Virus record (IMG/VR): IMGVR_UViG_3300015607_002766
Strand: one strand, 5' to 3'
Length of the DNA stretch: 20,000 nucleotides
Source: an uncultured virus (IMG/VR IMGVR_UViG_3300015607_002766)
Taxonomy: Duplodnaviria > Heunggongvirae > Uroviricota > Caudoviricetes
Shown here: in pieces, positions 15,830-20,000 of the stretch
Position numbering within the stretch: the first letter of the stretch is position 1
How the letters are laid out: each line of letters starts with the position of its first letter
Program-made: the position numbers and the translations under genes
Notes under the pieces: model-generated
Database searches by the model: none
Told to the model about the DNA's origin: nothing
The model's input: only the letters and a program-made list of their open reading frames with translations

Positions 15830-16112
15830 TACTGATGATGATTTTATTAACTTCTTTTGTGATACTTTAGAAGATTTGATATCACCAAAAGTTGGATACA
15901 AAGTTAGTGTTGGATTTAAAAAACACGATATGTCTATTTTCTTTTTTATAGATGGTTCTTCTATTTTACAAGTAATGCCAGATAAGGGACTACAATATAC
16001 TTATGCTCATACAGCATCATATGAATCTGAGGTCCAAACAGCTATAAGAATAGTTGAGAAGCAACACAAAAGAGATTATTTAATATCAGAGATCATAAAA
16101 AAAGAGAGTTAA
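15807..16112 (+). CDS. Hypothetical protein with degenerate shared C-terminal tag (KRDYLISEII)
   Basis: ORF overlapping upstream gene, ends in terminator. Confidence 0.7.
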   Translation: MDLYHSLNTDDDFINFFCDTLEDLISPKVGYKVSVGFKKHDMSIFFFIDGSSILQVMPDKGLQYTYAHTASYESEVQTAIRIVEKQHKRDYLISEIIKKES

Positions 16113-16129
16113 TATTAACTCTCTTTTTT
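16098..16129. terminator. Bidirectional terminator (perfect 32-bp palindrome)
   Basis: AAAAAAGAGAGTTAAT|ATTAACTCTCTTTTTT between convergent genes. Confidence 0.8.
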
Positions 16130-16147
16130 AATTTCATAACATCAAGA

Positions 16148-16636
16148 TTAAATCTGTGGACCAACTGCTTCACCCACAATTGATTCACCCTCATTGTAGA
16201 AAAGGTTCTTTTGTTTGATTAAATCAAGAATTTCATTAGTTACTTCAACTCTTTCGGTGTTAAAGATAACTTCCATTTTACCAATTACTAAATCAATAGA
16301 TTTTTCTTTAGCCCACTCATCAACTATAACAGAAAGTTGGTCGTAAACACTACCGTTTAATTCATCGGTCATAGATTTAATTTTTCTTTTAAACTCCATG
16401 TCTAATTTCATTAAACTTTCTTGTAGTTGTCTAAGTCTTTCAGAATCTCTTTTTTGGGATGCTTCGTCCATTAAGATTCCTGATTGAGCTCTTTTGATTA
16501 TTGATTCAAATTCTTTTTTCTCAGGATCAACACTTTCTAACATTTTTCTTTTTTCAGATTCAATGTTCTTGTAGCCTTCAACATAAGGTTGAAAATTTCT
16601 TGTTAAAACTTCAAAGTCTATTACTCGGATTTCCAT
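16148..16636 (-). CDS. Skp/OmpH-family chaperone-like protein lacking a signal peptide
   Basis: IRVIDFEVL N-terminal strand, long coiled coil, WAKEKSIDLVI...VIF...EVTNEILDLI C-terminus. Confidence 0.78.
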   Translation of the reverse strand: MEIRVIDFEVLTRNFQPYVEGYKNIESEKRKMLESVDPEKKEFESIIKRAQSGILMDEASQKRDSERLRQLQESLMKLDMEFKRKIKSMTDELNGSVYDQLSVIVDEWAKEKSIDLVIGKMEVIFNTERVEVTNEILDLIKQKNLFYNEGESIVGEAVGPQI

Positions 16637-16654
16637 TTAAAATTTATTTTTTTA

Positions 16655-16683
16655 TTTATAGAAAAAACACAGTAAAATGTTTT
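16655..16683 (-). promoter_or_regulatory. Putative phage promoter AAAC-N18-TATAAA
   Basis: Minus strand AAAAC-ATTTTACTGTGTTTTTTC-TATAAA upstream of ATG 16636. Confidence 0.6.
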
Positions 16684-17233
16684 AAGAAAGTAAATAATCA
16701 ACAGCAATTTTATATCTGTTTACTAAATTTGTTTCTTCAGATGCGTTTGGTATTTCATTATCTACAATGACACTTGAATCATCACCGACCTTTTTAACTT
16801 CTAAATAAGTAACTCTAGTTCCTATTATTCTTGCGTATTGTTTATTTTGTAGATAATATTGTGAATCTGGTGAAAGTTTATCAAATTCAATAACATCACC
16901 TAAATACTGATTATTACTTTCCTTATAAAAGCTAAATGAGACTTGGTAAACACCTTTAGTATCTAGTACTTTTTTAATCTTTTTAGACAATGGTGAGTTT
17001 GTTTGAAATAGTATCTCATCCCAAGTATTCTTTTTAACATCATCCAGTGATTTAATATTATTTATATCAATGAAGTATGAATAATATAAGGCTAATTCAA
17101 AATAGTTATAGTCACCTTTTTCTACTAATTCGTCTACAAATTTATAGTATTCAAGTGCATAATCTCTGCCTTTAGAAGCAAGATTATCTATCTGACTAGA
17201 TATTTTTTTAATTTTCTTTTTATCAGGACTCAT
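16682..17233 (-). CDS. Hypothetical protein
   Basis: 183-aa ORF behind TAATATATA promoter. Confidence 0.75.
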   Translation of the reverse strand: MSPDKKKIKKISSQIDNLASKGRDYALEYYKFVDELVEKGDYNYFELALYYSYFIDINNIKSLDDVKKNTWDEILFQTNSPLSKKIKKVLDTKGVYQVSFSFYKESNNQYLGDVIEFDKLSPDSQYYLQNKQYARIIGTRVTYLEVKKVGDDSSVIVDNEIPNASEETNLVNRYKIAVDYLLS

Positions 17234-17237
17234 AGTT

Positions 17238-17246
17238 TATATATTA
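17238..17246 (-). promoter_or_regulatory. TAATATATA late-type promoter
   Basis: 4 nt upstream of ATG 17233. Confidence 0.65.
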
Positions 17247-17251
17247 AAAAT

Positions 17252-17276
17252 AAAAAACCCTACATAAGTAGGGTTT
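17252..17276 (-). terminator. Rho-independent terminator
   Basis: AAACCCTAC-ATAA-GTAGGGTTT with A tract on + strand. Confidence 0.8.
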
Positions 17277-17279
17277 AAT

Positions 17280-18386
17280 TTATTTAGCTTCTTCGCCACC
17301 TAATTGTTTTTCAATTTCGGCTATTTTATCTTTGTTAGCCTCAGGATCTTGATAAAGTTTAGCAATATCATTCATCTTTTTAATTGCCTCAGGATTTTTA
17401 GTTTTAACATCACCTAATGTCTTTACTAAATCTTCTTGACCTTCTGCTTTTTCAGCTTCTGTCTTCATAAGTATATCAGCTTTTGTCTTAGTGAAGTCAG
17501 CTCCTTCAAAAGATACTTTATCACCTTCAATTTTAGATATTTTCTTTATACCTATTTGCTCAGCTTGTAGTTCTTTCATTTTACCTTCGTTTGGCTTTTT
17601 CTTATCATCATCTGTAAGTTTATCCCATTCTTCCTGATTGAACTTTTCTCTTTTATAAACTACAGTATCACCGACTTTGTAATCACCACCTTCACCACCA
17701 GGTACTTCAATGTTCTTAGATTGTAAAAATTTCTCAACATCCTCATCTTTAATTTCAGATAAGTACTTATCAAGTCTTGGAACTAATGTTTTTTCAACCC
17801 AGTTTATTGCGGCTTCTTTTTTCTTTTTAGGATCAGTTGCAGCTATTAAAACTTTTTTGAAATCAGGTAAGTGTGTTGTATCTTTTATATCTTTATTTAT
17901 TTTCTTTTGGTCTACTTTTCCACCATCAGGTCCACCAGCATACTTATAATCTTTAATAGCTCTATTTCTGATGTTTTCTAATATAAATTGAATAATATTA
18001 GTAGGTGCTAAATTCTTACCAAATGTTTTTAATAAGCTATCATATAAAGGCTGTAAGCCTTGTTTACCTAACGCACCTGTTTCTGGGTCTAGTATATTAC
18101 CAACTAAATTTAAGCAGTCTTCATCATTTGCTTCTGGCTTCTTTTTGAATTCATCCAATAAACTTTTAAATAAAAAAGAATCATCTGTTGGGTTAAGTGG
18201 ATTTTTGTCAATCCAATCTTGTAAATTATCAATTGATGGATTATCGCCAAGACTTTTCTTAATCTCCTCAGATGCTTTATTCCAAAGATTTTTGAAGAAA
18301 TTTAAAATATTACCTAATAACTCCTCATTAATAGGTTCTAATTTTCTAAAGCTTCTATGAGATTCAAATGTTTTAATATACTTCAT
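17280..18386 (-). CDS. Hypothetical K/D/E-rich protein with capsid-targeting-like leader (MKYIKTFESH...INEE), probable virion protein
   Basis: 368-aa ORF; leader motif; SH3/KOW-like YKVGDTVVY segment. Confidence 0.75.
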   Translation of the reverse strand: MKYIKTFESHRSFRKLEPINEELLGNILNFFKNLWNKASEEIKKSLGDNPSIDNLQDWIDKNPLNPTDDSFLFKSLLDEFKKKPEANDEDCLNLVGNILDPETGALGKQGLQPLYDSLLKTFGKNLAPTNIIQFILENIRNRAIKDYKYAGGPDGGKVDQKKINKDIKDTTHLPDFKKVLIAATDPKKKKEAAINWVEKTLVPRLDKYLSEIKDEDVEKFLQSKNIEVPGGEGGDYKVGDTVVYKREKFNQEEWDKLTDDDKKKPNEGKMKELQAEQIGIKKISKIEGDKVSFEGADFTKTKADILMKTEAEKAEGQEDLVKTLGDVKTKNPEAIKKMNDIAKLYQDPEANKDKIAEIEKQLGGEEAK

Positions 18387-18409
18387 AATTAAAATTAGTT
18401 TTTCACTGT

Positions 18410-18418
18410 TATATATTA
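18410..18418 (-). promoter_or_regulatory. TAATATATA late-type promoter
   Basis: 23 nt upstream of ATG 18386. Confidence 0.65.
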
Positions 18419-18432
18419 TTTTTTTATTTTGG

Positions 18433-18461
18433 AAAACCTAATGAACGAAAAATCATATAAA
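18433..18461 (+). promoter_or_regulatory. Putative phage promoter AAAC-N18-TATAAA
   Basis: AAAAC 18433-18437, 18-nt spacer, TATAAA 18456-18461. Confidence 0.6.
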
Positions 18462-18483
18462 TCACAAACAATACTATTATAAA

Positions 18484-18954
18484 ATGCAACAAATAAATTC
18501 ACTTAACCAAGTAGCTGACTTTCACAGAACATTTAACGCTCCGGCACTAGAAACTCCACAGATTCCTTCTGAACAAAGATGTCAATTAAGAGTATCTCTT
18601 CTTCAAGAAGAACTAAATGAACTATCACAAGCCATCAAAGATAATAACATCGTTGAGATAGCTGATGCTCTTTGTGATTTACAGTACGTTCTTTCAGGTG
18701 CTGTTTTAGAGTTTGGATTAGGAGATAAGTTCGTTGAGCTATTCAATGAAGTTCAAAGAAGTAATATGTCAAAGGCTTGCTCAACAGAAGAAGAAGCTCA
18801 AAGAACTTTAGAACATTACAAACAAAAAGATGGTACTGAAGGTTACTACAAACAAGTAGGTGATAAATGGGTAACTTATAGAAATGGCGATGATAAAGTA
18901 TTAAAATCTATTAACTACTCTCCTGCAAATTTAGAATCTATTATTAATGGATAA
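18484..18954 (+). CDS. MazG-like all-alpha NTP pyrophosphohydrolase (DR2231/PRA-PH-like)
   Basis: VADFHRTF, LLQEELNEL, EIADALCDLQYV, EVQRSNMSK, KVLKS. Confidence 0.9.
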   Translation: MQQINSLNQVADFHRTFNAPALETPQIPSEQRCQLRVSLLQEELNELSQAIKDNNIVEIADALCDLQYVLSGAVLEFGLGDKFVELFNEVQRSNMSKACSTEEEAQRTLEHYKQKDGTEGYYKQVGDKWVTYRNGDDKVLKSINYSPANLESIING

Positions 18955-19279
18955 GAGTTATATCAAATATAAACTAAAAAATAAATTTAAAAGACATTAT
19001 CTAAATGCTGGATTAATTGAGGTAGACTATGATCTATCATCACTTGTTGATAAGGTAGAAGAATTAGGTGACTATAAGATAATCTGGGAAAAAGATATAC
19101 CGGTAGATATAGTATTTTTTGACTTTCCTCATAGAATTGATGTTATGGGTGGTCAGTATTATGTTTATAACGAAAAAGGTAGCTTTAGTCAACAACTATA
19201 TTCATCTGAATTTATTTCATTTGACTTGAAAGAGATGAGAGAATACAAACTTAATAAAATATTAAAAGAGAAGATATGA
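18947..19279 (+). CDS. Hypothetical protein with shared C-terminal tag (MREYKLNKIL)
   Basis: ORF overlapping both neighbours. Confidence 0.72.
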   Translation: MDKSYIKYKLKNKFKRHYLNAGLIEVDYDLSSLVDKVEELGDYKIIWEKDIPVDIVFFDFPHRIDVMGGQYYVYNEKGSFSQQLYSSEFISFDLKEMREYKLNKILKEKI

Positions 19280-20000
19280 AAACAATTTTAATTACAGGTG
19301 GCGCTGGTTACATCGGATCACATACAGTGGTTGAACTATTAAAAAATCCAGAGTATGATGTTATTATTGTTGATAACTTCTCAAATTCTAATCCAGAAAT
19401 AGTAAATCGTTTATTTGAAATAACAAAAAGACCTATTAAAATATACCATAGAGATTGTAGAGAACAAATGGATGATATACTGTCACTACATAAAGTAGAT
19501 GGCATCATTCACTTTGCTGCATATAAATCTGTAGGTGAATCTGTTGAGGCGCCGATTCAGTACTACGATAATAATGTAAACTCATTATTAAATATGTTAG
19601 ATACTGCTAAATACTTTGGTATTAAAAATTTTGTTTTCTCATCATCTTGTTCTTTATATGGTAATGTATTACCAGGAGACTTACCAGTAAGTGAAGATAC
19701 TCCTTTAAGTAATCCTGAATCACCTTATGCTTATACAAAATTGATAGGCGAAAGAATACTATCAGATATTTATAATTCAAATAAAGAGTTAAATATTGTA
19801 TCGCTAAGATATTTTAATCCAGTTGGTGCACATTCAAGTGGCTTAATTGGCGAATCACCTATAAATAAACCTAATAATATTATACCTGTTATATGTGACT
19901 CAATAGTTAGCTCTGAACAAGTAACTGTTTTTGGCGGAGATTATCCAACAAGAGATGGTACTTGCATCAGAGACTATGTTCATGTTAGTGATATAGCAAA
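19276..20000 (+). CDS. galE: UDP-glucose 4-epimerase (partial, runs off window)
   Basis: MKTILITGGAGYIGSHT, IHFAAYKSVGES, FVFSSSC, PYAYTK (YxxxK), LRYFNPVGAH, DGTCIRDYVHV; missing from ORF track. Confidence 0.93.
   Translation, partial: MKTILITGGAGYIGSHTVVELLKNPEYDVIIVDNFSNSNPEIVNRLFEITKRPIKIYHRDCREQMDDILSLHKVDGIIHFAAYKSVGESVEAPIQYYDNNVNSLLNMLDTAKYFGIKNFVFSSSCSLYGNVLPGDLPVSEDTPLSNPESPYAYTKLIGERILSDIYNSNKELNIVSLRYFNPVGAHSSGLIGESPINKPNNIIPVICDSIVSSEQVTVFGGDYPTRDGTCIRDYVHVSDIA

Noticed and set aside
507..19508. Short antisense or alternative-frame ORFs in the track (e.g. 507..773, 789..1025, 1034..1339, 2594..2899, 3647..3913, 4863..5078, 7863..8045, 13831..14019, 16501..16770, 17710..17949, 19308..19508)
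   Set aside because: They overlap well-supported genes, have shadow-type F/L/S/I-rich composition and show no motifs
1..20000. Alternative genetic code (TAG or TGA reassignment as in some large phages)
   Set aside because: Code 11 gives full-length, tightly packed genes. TAG ends 9750..10511 before a terminator, and TGA ends Dam at its canonical ELLIMNY terminus

Overview
AT-rich, densely coding 20 kb segment that reads as part of a large (jumbo/huge) tailed-phage genome, most likely infecting a Bacteroidota host. The evidence is TTTG-N19/20-TAnnTTTG promoters, A-rich leaders without Shine-Dalgarno sites, and Bacteroidota-like DUF151 and MazG-like genes. Standard genetic code. Content: tRNA-CAT (probably Ile2), a candidate structured ncRNA, HNH and GIY-YIG endonucleases, MoxR-like AAA+ ATPase, YkuK-like RNase H fold, DUF151-UVR nuclease, orphan Dam-like methylase, 2OG-Fe(II) oxygenase, LpxH-like phosphoesterase plus GT2, two HExxH proteins, a broken P-loop kinase, PD-(D/E)XK nuclease, signal-less Skp/OmpH, MazG-like NTP-PPase and galE (partial). 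The most interesting signals are shared across genes. (1) Six unrelated small + strand proteins end in the same R-[DEH]-x-K-[IL]-[NK]-x-[IL]-[ILV] tag. (2) Four - strand proteins start with a T4 capsid-targeting-like MK(H/Y/L)(I/L)...F(x)E leader. (3) Three promoter classes partition the genes: host-type, AAAC-N18-TAWA and TAATATATA. All family calls come from reading motifs by eye; no searches were run.
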